64,000 bases of DNA from Catajapyx aquilonaris (GCA_000934665.2 JYFJ02000112.1:1-64000), one strand, 5' to 3'. Positions 28,101-42,125 are shown, counted from the stretch's first letter. Notes: generated by a model from the letters alone, not told the origin. A program made the numbers and translations.

Positions 28101-31100
28101 TCTTCCTTTACTCCCCACCCTTGCATTCTCCCCCCTTCTTCTCTTTTTCTCCTTCTTCATTCTCTTTTCCTACAGGAGCTTCAAGAAGGGAGAACTAATA
28201 CGTCTCTCAATTTGTCACTTTCACGTTACGAGGTATGGTGGACCCGGTATGCTATATACGCCACCTGGGGAAAGTGAAATTGAAACTCGATAAATGAAAG
28301 TGGATCCCTGTGAATGATTTATACTTAATTACACACGCCTTTTCCAGATGATTTGTAGCCGCGGGTGACGTCACTCCTTTTGTCGTTGGCCATCTTTTTT
28401 TTTAATTATTTATTAGCACGAGTGTTGAGGCTGGCTATTATACGCGTTGTGGCAGTCTGGCGATGACTGCTTACTGAAACGTGGTCGTGTTGACTATATA
28501 TAGCTAGTGCGGAGATTGCACGCTGCAAATTCATTTTCGAAATGTAAACATCAATATTTACGGTGGAAAATACCTCAAAAAGGGGAGGCCGTTATTATAC
28601 GCAATTAATACTTACGGTTTCCTCATAAATTCCAATTACTTGAACACTCCCTCGAACTCTGTTTATATCCACTGATTTACTGTGGTATTAAAATCCGGCA
28701 GTACAGCGCTACTAAATTAATCCCCTTTAAGAGCTAATTTTGTGGCTAATTGAGTCCCTCGCTACAGCAGCTTCATCCGCGTTTGTTTCTCTTTCTCGTC
28801 TCTTTTTCAGGGGCTTTAGAAAATGAAACCAGCTTTGGGTTTTCTCCCTACAAATTCTTTTTTTCTCTGGATGGGGGAGGATCCTGGAAAGTCATCTCAT
28901 TGCTGGCCACATCGTCTTGCCGATCTCTTCACAGTAGATTCCAAATAACGTTGAATACTTTTTTTTCTCTTCCTTCTCTCACTCTATCTTGTATGGTGCC
29001 TCACAGGAAGTGAATAGCACTGGAGACAGGGGAACGAACTGATTCTATAAAACCTGGGGGCAGCTCTTGAAAGAAAACGAAATCACAGGAGACCTTTAGG
29101 ATGCTCAGTCAAATTAGATCAACGTTTCACCGAGGCACGCCGCCAGCCATTTATTTTGCGCAGCCATTTACGAGGCGCCTTACCGAGCAAATTGCGTGCG
29201 GCATAATTATTTGCCACTTGCTTGATACGCGTAGAGCGGAACGTCTGACATAACCATTTATTACAGGCTCGACATCTGCGAAGGTTAATGAGGGAAAGGG
29301 TCTCGGCGTCTAGAGGCAAACCATTAGAAGGCGTGCCAGATGCGTCTCACCTCATTGGGATGATCTCGAAAGTTTGTGGGAGCATCAACGGGACTTGCAT
29401 GTCTGATTCGACGATGACTATATATATATTTCAGTAAGACATGTCGGACATGTCACTCCGGCAACAGCGCTGATCCCGTTCAAGTCTTGGTTCTCAGCCA
29501 CTCAGAAGCCTTGCGTTCCTGCTAATGCGGTGTTGCCTCGCTTCCTATCCTCAGGACTAGATCCGGCCTCTCAGTCCATGTCTCCCCTTAAGCCAGTGAC
29601 TTTGTGAGGAAACGACCATTTCCTTTCCATCGCCTCCGCCCCATTAAACTCTCCCCCCAGGAGGAAACAGCACCAGGGACAAGAATGGACCGCGACCCCG
29701 AGGCTGTCGTCCAGCTTTTGAGAAATGTCACGAGGGAAATACCCGCAGCGGGTCAAGTCCTGAGTGAGAGAGAAAAAAAAGCAAAAAAAAGTACACACTA
29801 AGAGGTCGACGCCCTGAACTAACATGAGGATTAAATGTCTAAGAGTAAAAAATGTGTATATATCGCAACCCGTACACAAGTTTCGGCGCGGCTTTCGACA
29901 CGCCCTCCTTAGTTTTCCTACCACATTCTCCGTCCGGATGAAATATTTCCCTCCATTTATTTCCTCCGCTTCGATTCTTTTAATCGATACACCAGGGATT
30001 CAGACTGGAAAACCTATTACGTTTTCCCTGGTACCTATCTACTGCAAAGCGATAAAAAGAAGGAGGGGGGTCCGAAAAGCGGAAAAAAAGGAGAGAGAAA
30101 TTAAGCTGGTTGCTAATTGATGTGAATTTTATCACACTCGAACGCCAAATGTTTCACGTTTTAAAAGTTTTTTTTAAACTCTCCCATCGCCCTAGAACTT
30201 GCTGCCTTCTGGAATTTCGCTGCACTGTATATACAAGGATACATATTCAAAATGCTTCAAGTGGCTTTTTTGGGTGGGTTGGGGAAAAACTTTTCCCCCA
30301 ACTTGTTTTCAGTTATAATTACATTTCTGGAATTATTACTCGGTTGTCGTGCATTTAGCGCAAACCTACAAAGTATGTCACCGCAAAAGCTTTATTTTCG
30401 CCTCAAGCTGATGGAAACTAAGTTTACTCTAAAAACTATTTTCCTTGCTTTCGTAGCCTATATATTGACCTTATAATCACACATAATCATGCTGTTATTT
30501 CAATTATCAGAATATAACTGACTTTGTGCAATTCAGTCGAAATGTTCAATAGAGAATTTTAAAAAAAAAAAAATCCGACTCCCACAGAAGGTATATTCGA
30601 CGCCCTCCCCAGCTTCAATCTGCCGCGTGACTTATTGATCGGGAGTATAATTTCAGGGCAAAAACCCTTGTCGTCTCTCGCTTTGACCAGGGGAGAAAAG
30701 AAAACGTCAAATCTCAGCTCCAGATTTCTTCGCACCCCCCAATTCTCGCGGCACTTTATTTTATTCTCGACGAAGCCAAAAAGAGCAGACAAACTCAAAC
30801 GTGACACTTCAGCATCTTCTAGACAAGCAATCTGCACCTTATTTGCCCAAATATTTGTATGATTATTCGCACATTTGGCAATACGGCTACGAATTGCCTG
30901 AGAGCGCATTTTCATGCACTATTTGCCCCCCCCCTGAAAAGATTAAAAAGGCAGGATGTGATTATCAAAAGCCGTATATATAGGGCGCGGTTTTCATTTC
31001 TATATCCGTTCATTACCTTGGGGAAGCATGAAAACGCGGCCCAAAAACCACCAACTGCTCCTTTGAGACTTGAACCGCGAATCCAACTTCAAAGATTATC

Positions 31101-34100
31101 TCTTACCGAGATTTCGAAGAGAAGATGGGAGCCGTGGAATATCGGTGATTAATTAATTGACTTTCATCGAGGCGTTGTTCCAGGCACAAGTTTGTGGAGG
31201 AGGTAAACGCGCCTTTCGCCGTAAAACTAGATTACAGTGGAAGCGTATATAGGGTCGCTCTGGAAAATGAGAGTGTGCTGGATACGCTGGTGGGAAAAAT
31301 ATATAAAAGAAACCACATATAAACGCAGTACATTAGCAACGCGGTTGTAAAACATCATGCCTTTACACACGACAAAAGTGTCAACATTTTTAGTGTGAAC
31401 TTGGGTACTACCCAATGATTTACATTATCACTCAGCACAATAACTTATTTGGCGGACGTCACTGATGACAGTGTCAAATTAGTCTTCCGAAATCCTCCCT
31501 GTAATAAGGGCAGCAGCACTTACCGCATCGCAATAATTATTTTCTTGTTGGCACGAAACGCAAATCCTGGAGCGCATGGGCCTTATCTGGCCAGAGGAGG
31601 GCAACTTCCACTTCTCATTAAAGCCAATTAGTGAACAGGAAGTAAAGGGAATAAATTAAAAATGAATGCGGCTTGAGCTGGAAAGATGATAACAAACATC
31701 AAAAGCTCCGCAGCTCAAGATGATCCCTTTCGCCAGAGTTATTCCTGGGCAGATTTATATTAATATATGAAATTCAATGGACTGACAAGAGAGCGAGAGG
31801 AATTTCTCATACTCTGAGGCCACATATCTGTGGCATGTGTAGAAAGTAAAGTGCAAACGTTACAAACATTCCACCTTTCACTATACGTCCAACACGGTTA
31901 AGTCATGCAACATGAACGGGCCTCAGAAATACAATTCACTGCATACCAGAACGCATCTTGGCACATACTGACAGGTTTCCCTTTGGCTCAAAAGATTCCA
32001 ATCACAAATTTGCCGTATTTTTACAACTCACTGGAAGCAGCAGGAAAAAAAAATCCACTTGCAAGCATTCCAGAAAGGTAAAGAGCATTTCGAGCAAAAA
32101 AAAAAAAATCTTCGAAGAAAACTTTGGAAGTCGCTCTCCTGGGATCCCTAACCAATCTCGCTTTCAGACGAGGCGAAAGAAGGTCAATAATCTTCTTGTT
32201 TGCTCTCTAAAAAAAACCCAGACGTGGGGCCCACGACTTCTACATACACATTCAATTCGCCGCTCGGGTTCCATTAATGCTGATGAGGGGGAAAAAAGAG
32301 TCAAACGTTAAAATAGGACATCCCATTGGCTTTTGTATCGACGCCGGTATAATTGACTGCAATTGATCTGGAAAAATGGTAATTCGTATTATTTTTATTG
32401 ATGCTCCAGCCTCCCCCCCAACAATAATGTCGGATTCGGAGTGGGGGTTTGTAGCTTTTCGACCACTATGTGTGTACAACATGTAAGCCATTTCTTTTTA
32501 AACTGGCAAACACACGGGTTTTGGTGTGTGAAAATCCATGCACTTTTATTTTTTCAAAACTGTTGATTCAACCACTGTCAGTGATGTGTATTAAAAACAA
32601 CGCCAGCTCATTACCAAATTTGTACAACCAGCCGGGCCGGGATTCGCTGTCCAGATCGGAATAAATCTAAATACGCGATTAAACGATTATATCAACACTT
32701 CCGATGCAGTCTTCGTTATCGAAACTAATTATAGAACAACATGCTGTTGTGATGTCCGACACATGACAATTTGCGGTAGTATGGTGGGGGACTGATGATT
32801 GCAGAAATAGGCGGGACCGGTTGCAATCAACACGTCACATGCAATAGCTCATATTGAGAGGAATATAATTACTGGGGGGGGGGGGGNNNNNAAAAAAAAG
32901 TTGCAGGTACACAGTTACAGATGGTGCTATATCATATTGATCCTACTTCAACTGAAGCCAAACAGATGGCGAAAGGCATATTGTTCAACTAAATGCAAAC
33001 AGGACGCGCCACACTCCAAACTATACATATATACCGCCAGATTGCGCCAGAAATTTTTGCAAAATCTAATGCAAATGGGCCTAGTTATACCCTCAGGTTC
33101 TCAAAAAATGCTCAATACAACAGTACGCGCTGCAAAAAAAGGAGAAGAAATCCAAAACCCGATCCTATAATGGACAAAAAAAAAAATCAATTCAAATCGA
33201 CAGACGCGTCTCCATTTTTCGATATGGAGACAATGATTACAAATACTTTGCATGGAAACTTCAAATAAACCGGATTTATCCTCTCAAAAGTTCGATGCCC
33301 CGTCCTAACAAGCCTCCTTTTGGATACACTTCCTCTCTGTCTCGATTTTTTCTCTCCTTCCATCTTCCTGTCCTTTTCTTCCGAGGGAGAGGCCTTCTTT
33401 TCTCCTCCGAAAGCCTGTTTACTAGATTAGGTGGCAGCGACGGGGGAATGGAAAATCACGTCGAAAGCTGCCAAGACGGAAGGGATGCCGATAAATTGGC
33501 ATGTACATTTATAGGCCAATACTTATAAACAAGTTAGGATTTTGTGCAAACTATAAAAAAAAACTTGGGTGCGAGCTGTCATCATTGCCTATATATACAG
33601 CACCCTCTCAATGTACGGTTATTTCTTTAATTAACAACATTACCGAATATTCCAGGCCCGCTAAATTTTATCGCATATATAAAACCTGCTCCAGCATCCT
33701 TTCTCGTTGTAATTAGTTTATTCAAATCCTTCTCGTGCGTGTGAACATTAGAAATAATTTATGGCGAAGAGGGGGGGGCCAGCGAAGCCATTTTAAAAAT
33801 CCTCACTATAATGCCAACTCGGAACGGAAAATTATAGCCTCCTAAAATAAAGTGATCTAGGGAGTTGCGCATAGTATGCTCATCATATCTGGAACAAAGG
33901 AAATATCTGAAGTACATTAAAAATTTGCAATATCTGCACACGCCACATGCAGACCAAAACCAATTTTGCTAACTGTATTCTGATAATAAGCTCATTCCCT
34001 CCCAAAAAAAAGTATGCCTTTTTATTATTCCTCTCGATATTATATAGAAAGGATTCGATCTGGCGAGTCAACATACGTCGATCGCCTTTCGCAAGTTTCC

Positions 34101-37100
34101 TTTGATGATGCCCCGCCCTTCAAACTATGAATTTTTATTAAACTCAGACATCCGATCTCATCTTCTCATGCTCTATTATGCGATGCCTTGGTTGAGAAAA
34201 GCCAGAGAATATTTGGGAACCCCCCCTTTTTTTCTCTCAGTTCCTATAGTCGTATTCTCTCGTCTGTAATAACATATACCAGCCGGATATTGCCCTGCGA
34301 ACATATTCAATTTGAAATTACCAAGTGTCGACTTTCATTAAGGGTTGGTCAAAAGGCTCAGTGTCATTCTTTCGGTGGCCGGATACAAAGTACAATACTG
34401 GCCGAGCGATAGCACACAAAGATAGCGGCACGTAATCTGACTCTGGCCGACAGAAATTTAATTACCTTCGCCACTTCGTCCTTCATCCTGGCCCAATTAT
34501 GCTTGGGGCGTGATTAGGTGTCCTCTCACTCGGGCTGCCTGCTGCCAGCACACCCCCCGAAAACCCAATATGGCTAATAAGACACTTCTGTGGCAGACCC
34601 CTTGCACGTTTCAAGCCAATCGTAAATTTAGCAATGGTTTCTCCAATCTCAGCAGCCCATGATTTTGGCCCTATTCATAATTATTGGAGCCCAAAATTAC
34701 TGGGAGAACCCATCCGTGATCAACAAGGAGAAATCAATTGTTGATCAAAAGGAATGCATCATTTATTCTGGGCGCTATATGCGTATAACCTTTGAGTGTG
34801 CCGAATCACAATTTGGCATATTTTCACATTTTAAAAGTGTGACCAGGAAGGACTAATCCATCGACTCTTCTCTCTACCTATATATGGAATAAACCTTCTT
34901 AGCAGCTTCTCTCCGCTTCCATTGTTGCATTATGGACTTGGGCAATGAACTGCATAATGCAATTTTGACATGGGTTACGACAACTGCAAATTCAAACGTA
35001 ACTTATTGAGTATACGAGAGGTTCAGCATGTACCACACTGACAATGGGCGTAAATTTCACTTGCAAATTTTACATTTATCATTCAGAGGCTTTCTTTCTC
35101 GTGTCATTTCACAAAGCAATAAGCCTGAAAGAAATTCTATGCAGTCATTTCAGGCGAAGCTAATTCATTTTTGTCCAGCTTCGCAGTTCAAGCTGAAATT
35201 TTAAATAGCAAATCCGTGCTTTAGGCAGCCTTTCAAATATTTACCAAAGTCTCCCACTTTGCAAGCAGGGTACGGTTGGAAAATATTAAGTACATCACCA
35301 GGTGTGTCCATTGAAGTACTGTATACGTACTTGTATACACGTTTTCTGAGCCCACAGCGATAACCACTCTCCTGCAGTGCCATATCCCACAGTTTGATAT
35401 ATAAAAAATTGGCATGTCTGGACCCTACTTGTGCAAGCGATTTCCTAAAAGGCTGAGAAACTCTCGGCATAAAAGACGGCCATATAGCCAACACAAACAT
35501 GCATCGCCTTTTCCTTCTATAGTCCTAATCACGCTTTTCCTGCCAACTTCTAATCCGATTCGAATTCAAATACTAACAAAAAAAGGTCAACGAACTGTCC
35601 ACGGTATTATGCAGATGTCCACAAAAAATAACAACATGGGGCGTTTCAGGCAAAGACGAATTCCGCATGACATGACACAGGTTGCGACCTACAAATTGCG
35701 AAGGTCCATATCTGCTTATTATCACGGCACTTTGACATTTCATTTCCTATGTCAGCAGACGCCATTTCTCCTACCCCCAGAATAGTTTGAAGTAAGCATC
35801 CAGCAGATACAAGCAGCCAAAAACTTTGTCCCTCACCCCAGCAGCAAAAGCAGGCGAAAATGCCGATGTCTCAGGAGAAGGCGAGACTTCATTAGTTACT
35901 TTCAAGGGTGGAACCCCCCCATCCCCCAAAATGAGAATTTATTCCCCCCCCCCCTCCTTCCCCTTTTCCCTCCAGGGCCCATAACAGCTATCCCGTTTCC
36001 ACAAAATCTACGCCCAAAATACAAGACTTTGTCTGAGAAGACGGAAAGGAGAGAGATCCAAGAATCAATACCCCCGCTCAGAATGAGTGTTTCTCTCTTG
36101 TCCAGCGCCTCTGCTGGAGACTGCTGGAAACCTAAACTCAACCCCACCTGGCGGGAAATATATAATTTTTTTTTGTACTGAACAAGGCGCATCACATCAA
36201 CGATGTGCATGAAATCTGCGTTCACCTGAACCATCAGACACGGAGAGATAAGTTTGATTGTCGAATTGTCCGGTTCCGGAGAGGGGGGGGAAGAGCTCGG
36301 GTTTTATCAGGGGCATCAGGTGAGCTCCAATTTTGGGAAGGGGGAAACTACGCTGGCCATTCGTACCAATCAATCCGCCAGTCAATTAGCTTGTTATGGC
36401 CTGATAAACATCATTGATTTTCCCCTGGATCCATCTAGCTAATTAGATGTGCGAATGTATTAGATACAGATCCTGACGCTTTATTTATGGCTTCAGAAAT
36501 GCGGCCATAAGTCTGCCACAAGCCATTCGTTCTGTTTAGTGCTCGCAAAACCCTTCTAAAATAATGGGGGGCCGCTCTGGGGGGACATATTTTAAACGCT
36601 TTTCTGGTTTCGTTTTCGGTTATGTATCCGAAATTAATTCACTGCTGTACAGAGTACGTGCCAACCTAATTGTTCCACTTGGTTACCAGAATATTTTGGC
36701 AGCAGCTTAACTTGCAATATTATACTGAACAGAACTAGAAATTTATTTAAAAACATATTGCTGAATATTGCACTGTTAAAATTGGACGGTGTCAACCCAC
36801 AAAAAATGTCAAAAATTAAGTTAAACCCAGGAACATATTACCGAAAGGATCGGTCTTCATTAAGTTAAAATCACGCTGGTGAAATCTGCATACTTCTGCC
36901 ATAAATGACCGAAAAGGACACTGAATTAATTGGCATTTGGCATGTTCTCATGTGGGTTGACTCATTATTGCATAACACCGTCCAATTACAGTTATGGGTC
37001 ATATATTTCATTAAGCTTATTACTGGAAGTACTCTGATTTCCTAGCAATTCAGCTAATTTTTTAATAAATAAGCAGCACTTATATTCCCCCCCCCCCCCA

Positions 37101-40100
37101 ATATTCCCGACTAATATTATTTTTCCAGTTTCCCACAGAAACAAATGACAAATAGGAGAACCTGCACTTGAATCATCTCCCACAGGCTTACAACTCCATT
37201 CCCATCACTTCTTTTTTTTCTTTTTTTTTGTTCACGCTGACTCATCAAAAAAAGAGAGTGAGAAATTCTGCTGTGTCCAGCTTTTCTCTATTAAATCCCA
37301 TCGAGCCTTTATTAGCGCCATCGCCAGTGAACCTCGCAAGTAGACACTTCCCAAAGTGCACGTGACATTTTGCCTAATTGTGCGCGTTTCAGATGTCAAC
37401 CCCCAACTCATTTGTGTCACTTGATTGATAAAACATTGGTCCATAAATTACGAACGATATGAAAATAGTGGCCTAATTTACTTGGCCGGCATCATCTGCA
37501 CGTTTTTTTTTTGCTCAAATCATGACCGTAATGACAGCGATGCTTGCTGTCAAATGATGGGTCGGGTAATTGGTACAGGATGCTTAATACGCGTATTATG
37601 GGTTCAGCAGATGAGGAAAGAGCCGGGGTTTAAATCCATCTTTGCCACCAAGTCAAGTGCTTTTGCCAAGTACGCCAGAAACTTGGCTGCTCTGAATGTA
37701 CAGCATGGAAACATGGTCGTAGCATAAGGATTAAAAGGAGCGTGCATATGGTTCAAGCCACCTCGTAAAACAATCTCCTTACACAAGTGCTGTGCAAGGC
37801 TGGTAACAAGAGGCATACTTCTGAAGGCAAAACACTTCAAGTTAATCCGCATCTAGTGTTTAAAAAACAGTACTTCATACAATGGGAATTGCAGACATTA
37901 ATCCCCGATTACGAATATTCTGGTGGTCACTGCAATGGGGTAATTTAAACTGTCCTTTTGCCCAGCTTTAACTAATGCTGCATGGAAACACGCCCATTCT
38001 GTTGGATGTGACATAATTGATAAGCCCCAGCTACATCGGATCAATTGTCTGTACCTGCCTCGGTTGTCAAAATCTGGCTCATCTCAAAATAATGCCCATG
38101 GCTTTCATTTCGTTGACCTTTTTTATTTATTTTTTGCACCCCCACAGGCAACCGTGTCACGGAAGACTACATTTTGGAGGGGGAGGCATGCCCAAGACAC
38201 AAATTAGAAAGATTGCCCTCATCGAAGTCGAGTCGACGCCTGGTACGTTTTATATAAGGCAACAACGGAAATGGTTCGTGATAAACGCTGCCTCCATTAT
38301 ACCTCATTTTTCACCCCACCAACAAAGGACCAGGACCAGGCTTCTAATAAACATACATAACAGGTCACAATGCGAGGGCATCCTTCTCTGCCTCAGACAA
38401 AATCAAAACTGCGGCGGTCGTTAATTAAAAACTATAAAAGGAAAAGGGGGGGTGGAAGGAAAGAATAAACTTTGTTGTCCCCCCCTCCCACCCCCTGTCC
38501 TCTCTCCCCCAAAAAAATGGCACTGTGTGGGAGGATGGCTGGGAGGGGGGAAAAAAGAGGGTGACAATCAGTTTGTGAATGGTGTTTTTAAACATTAACC
38601 CCACCGCTGCGGTACGCGAAATGGACATAGAGGCATGTGGGACAAGTTAATTCTAGGATGTTGTCCACATTTTTGCTTTTCTGCGCGGTTGCATTCACGG
38701 CATCCAGCACTATATAGAAGAAATTGGCGGTTGCTGGACACAAGTTTATTCCAGCGAACTAATCAGAGTTCATGAACTGATGATGAAGTAACCATCATGT
38801 GTTGTCAGTGACTAGAAGAAAATTATCAATTATACTTAAAACCGGCCACTGCAATATTGCAATGTAAGCCAGAGAAGTATAAGACCATATATATAACGCC
38901 AGCATTCTCGCCGCACATGAATAATTCATCGTGGAAATCCAGGATTGGCTAATTACCTAATTAACCGGAACAATTGTGTCACATCGCTCTCAAAATCAGC
39001 GTAAAAAATTTACTTAACAACCTGCAACTAAACATACAATTTGCATTAGCAGCTTCTCACCTTCTTTTTTTTCGCAGTTTTTTATCAAAATAAGGCTGCA
39101 ATCTATAGCAAATCCATGATTTTCCAGGTCGCAAATTCTTTCCAGGCGATAGGATAGACTCAAAATGGTACAAAAAAGCGACCGACAGGAATAAATATTC
39201 CTCCTTTTCATCGCGGTTTCTACTTTCTCCCAGCCCCTCTTTTTTTCCCCCCTTCCCTTGCTTGCCGCTCCCTGAATCGACTCCCCGGATATATCCGGAT
39301 AGTATTCACGCCACATTGGCTGATGGAATACCTCCACCAAACTTAGAATGAAAACTTTTTTTTTTCTACCTCCTCCTCCTCCTCCTTCCAACCAAAAGTT
39401 GCAATTCGTCATGTAACCTGCTTCTTTCATGATTGGCTAATGATGTTTTAATTGCTCGTGCATGAAGTTCGAGATACGGTATATTTGACACGGCTTCATT
39501 AGAGTTGGAAAACACGTCATTTTCGACTGTTTCTTTTGTTCAATAATAAGCACCTTATAGCAGCGACTCAACTGGGATTTAAAATGTTTCGTTTTCTATC
39601 ACATAATTCGTGCTGATTTCATCAGGCATGATGGGTTGATGAAAAGTTTGCTGCGGTTTGAACCTTTTATAATGTTCGGCTCCAATCAGCAACAACGATT
39701 GAAAGTTGTAATTCGACCTCTGAAATGACTCGTTTCATTAACAAACTGTGCATTTCTCATAGGCATACAGTTTTAAGCTAGTTCATTTATTTCGATATTT
39801 CGTAGGTCCAACCAACATATAGGCTACTTGTATAATCATGTGCTTAATTTCAGATTAATCGAAATGAAATCAATTTTTAAGCCATAAAACGAACCGCACT
39901 ATTATTAGAACATGGTCAGAGCAGGCACTTTCTGGATTTTGTCATACAGATTTTCTTCAAGTAATGTGCTACATTGCGTCAAAATAAAGCAAACATAAGA
40001 AAATGTCAATCATATATAGTGACCACACGTGAGCATGGCCAGGATAACTGTTGATAATTTTTTTAAACCAAATCAGAGAGAATAACTCATAATATTCAGC

Positions 40101-40496
40101 AATACAAAATTAATGAAAAATTAGTAACATAAACGTAATTGCTAAAGTAAACAAAATTATTTCAATTGTGGGGATTTGTGAATAAGGCAAGAAGAATATG
40201 GAAATAACTCAAACAGTCACACAGTGGCAAACATGTATACATATCTCAAAATGTCATTATCATTTTTCCGACTATCATTGCCACTTTTGCCAGCCTTGAA
40301 AAAGAGGGAAACATCACCCTGCTTAAATTGATTACTTTTCCTAAGTTTAAATTGGTTCAAAAGATGCAGAACAACTCCAATATATCAGTAAACTTTTTTG
40401 GGGATAACTTCAGGGACTTTCAAAGTGTTGATTATTCAAGCTTTAATTTAATCAGTGTAAAATTAAACCACTGCACGATTTATTTCATAGAAACTT

Positions 40497-40565
<69 letters not shown>
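40497..40565. repeat. (TAG)n microsatellite, about 22 units
   Basis: Perfect trinucleotide run read directly. Confidence 0.98.
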
Positions 40566-41169
40566 TCTGCCAAAATATTTAATACTGCTGCTGTTCAATC
40601 AATAATCTGTGATTTAAATCTGTGGCATTGGCCATTCTGCAACTGTACAGCATGGCTGGCACCCAGCCATGCCATGAAAAAAAAATGTGACAGCTTGAAA
40701 CAAACAGTACAGGAATAATGGATGTCTGCAATGAGTTACATATGCAGCAATGCAGAAAATGTCCCTATTCATACTCGCACTTTCAGTGAATCAGGAATTT
40801 ACACTTCCAATTTAACATGCAAAGGTACAGGAGACTGTCATGTAAAATTTACCGATATAAAATCTTCATTTTTGTTTTTGTTATAGGCAAGCATTTATGA
40901 TAATATTTAAAATCAGGTTTCACATACAACAAACCTTGCCCAACTCCCTTTAAAGAGGCCCCTATGCAAATATTTGCATCGAGATACTTTCCCTTGGAAA
41001 AATCACCTATCAGAGTGCCAATTTTCCAGCTCAAATAGTCTGGAAGTGAGTTAGATTATCTCAACATGCATGCACGTTTTATAGAGATAAACTTCCATCA
41101 TCCACTTCCTGTGCAATGTAGGTTATTGAATTATGCTCATAAATATAGTGTTACATCCTATGGCAGCCT

Positions 41170-41253
41170 ATTGGCACCCCTGATGGTCACATGATCCTGT
41201 TGGCATCTCCTGATTGGCTGATTCATATCATGTGACCCAGCAGAGATGCCAAT
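41170..41253. repeat. 84-bp inverted-repeat element with an internal third partial copy
   Basis: ATTGGCACCCCTGATGGTCACATGAT pairs with ATCATGTGACCCAGCAGAGATGCCAAT. The internal TTGGCATCTC (41200-41209) also pairs with 41243-41252. Confidence 0.75.
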
Positions 41254-41324
41254 CTGACTACGACAGTGTCAGCAAGATGCCAACTCCGATGCAACTTAAA
41301 GTGCAAAAAATCGAGGGTACTCAC

Positions 41325-41422
41325 TCCATGTGTGGTATGTCCGGCACCTTCTGCACCCCGACAATAACGCACAGGAAGGGCAGGAGCAGCAGCGCCCACT
41401 GCAGGCATCTCCGGTGACCCAT
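41325..41422 (-). CDS. first coding exon (signal peptide) of an unidentified secreted/membrane protein: MGHRRCLQWALLLLPFLCVIVGVQKVPDIPHM(D/E)
   Basis: ATG with an in-frame TGA 21 nt upstream. The peptide has a basic n-region, a hydrophobic h-region and a plausible cleavage site after VIVG. Consensus donor GA|gtgagt follows (phase 2). The exon lies next to a GC-rich, GAGA-containing block. Confidence 0.65.
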
Positions 41423-41689
41423 GTCCTCATGCAGCAGCTGCCTTCACACCACCACTACCACCATGTCCCCCTTATTTTTGGGTGCAAAAACCACACACTG
41501 CGGACAGTCCAATATTTCTCCTCCCTAAAAAAAAATAATGGAACACTCTCTCGATACTGGTCTCTCTTCCTCTCCCCCCCGCCTTTTTGGGGACACCCTG
41601 GTGCAATACAGGCCTGGTTTTGCTGGCTGGATTTTGGGGCAAAGGTAGCCGGGTAGGTGTCGGGGCAGGGCAGGGACTGGCTGGCTGGA

Positions 41690-41960
41690 TGGCGGAACAC
41701 GGAGAGAGAGAGAGAGAGCGAGAGAGCGCGGCGGGGGTGTATCGATCAGAAAACACCTCGGCCTTCCCAGCCTTCCCTCCACCACCGAAATCCCCGCTCG
41801 CTGCTGGCTGGCTGCTCCACCTCCCCGCTCTCCCCGCTCCTCCTCTCCCTGCATGCCAATGGCCGCCACACGTGGTTCAACATCATGCGAACAGAGGCCA
41901 GGGCGGAATGAGGCATGACAAGATGGGGGCTCCAGATGGGAGCACAAGATGGCGGTGGTG
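41690..41960 (-). promoter_or_regulatory. putative promoter/regulatory block of the minus-strand gene
   Basis: GC/CpG-rich island with a (GA)n run at 41702-41726 (GAGA-factor-type), a near-DRE TATCGATC at about 41740 and YY1/Pho-type CAAGATGGCGG at 41945-41955. Confidence 0.45.
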
Positions 41961-42125
41961 TGCGCTGGATGGGAAGGTTACGGGAGCCAGAGTGGGACAC
42001 CGCCAGCCGGTTTCATACCGATTTGGTAGCATAATATATAATAGCCAGGGAAATGCATAAGGGCCCACATGCAGGAATTGGGCCATCTCTGAAGACCCTT
42101 GACTCAGCATGTGAGGATGCTGAAG

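Noticed and set aside
29436..29456. p53-like tandem GACATGTC-G-GACATGTC
   Set aside because: The CATG cores are 9 nt apart rather than 10, so the half-sites overlap. There is no other support.
40650..40686. 10-bp hairpin followed by an A-run, resembling an intrinsic terminator or Helitron end
   Set aside because: The context is eukaryotic and no CTRR terminus follows.
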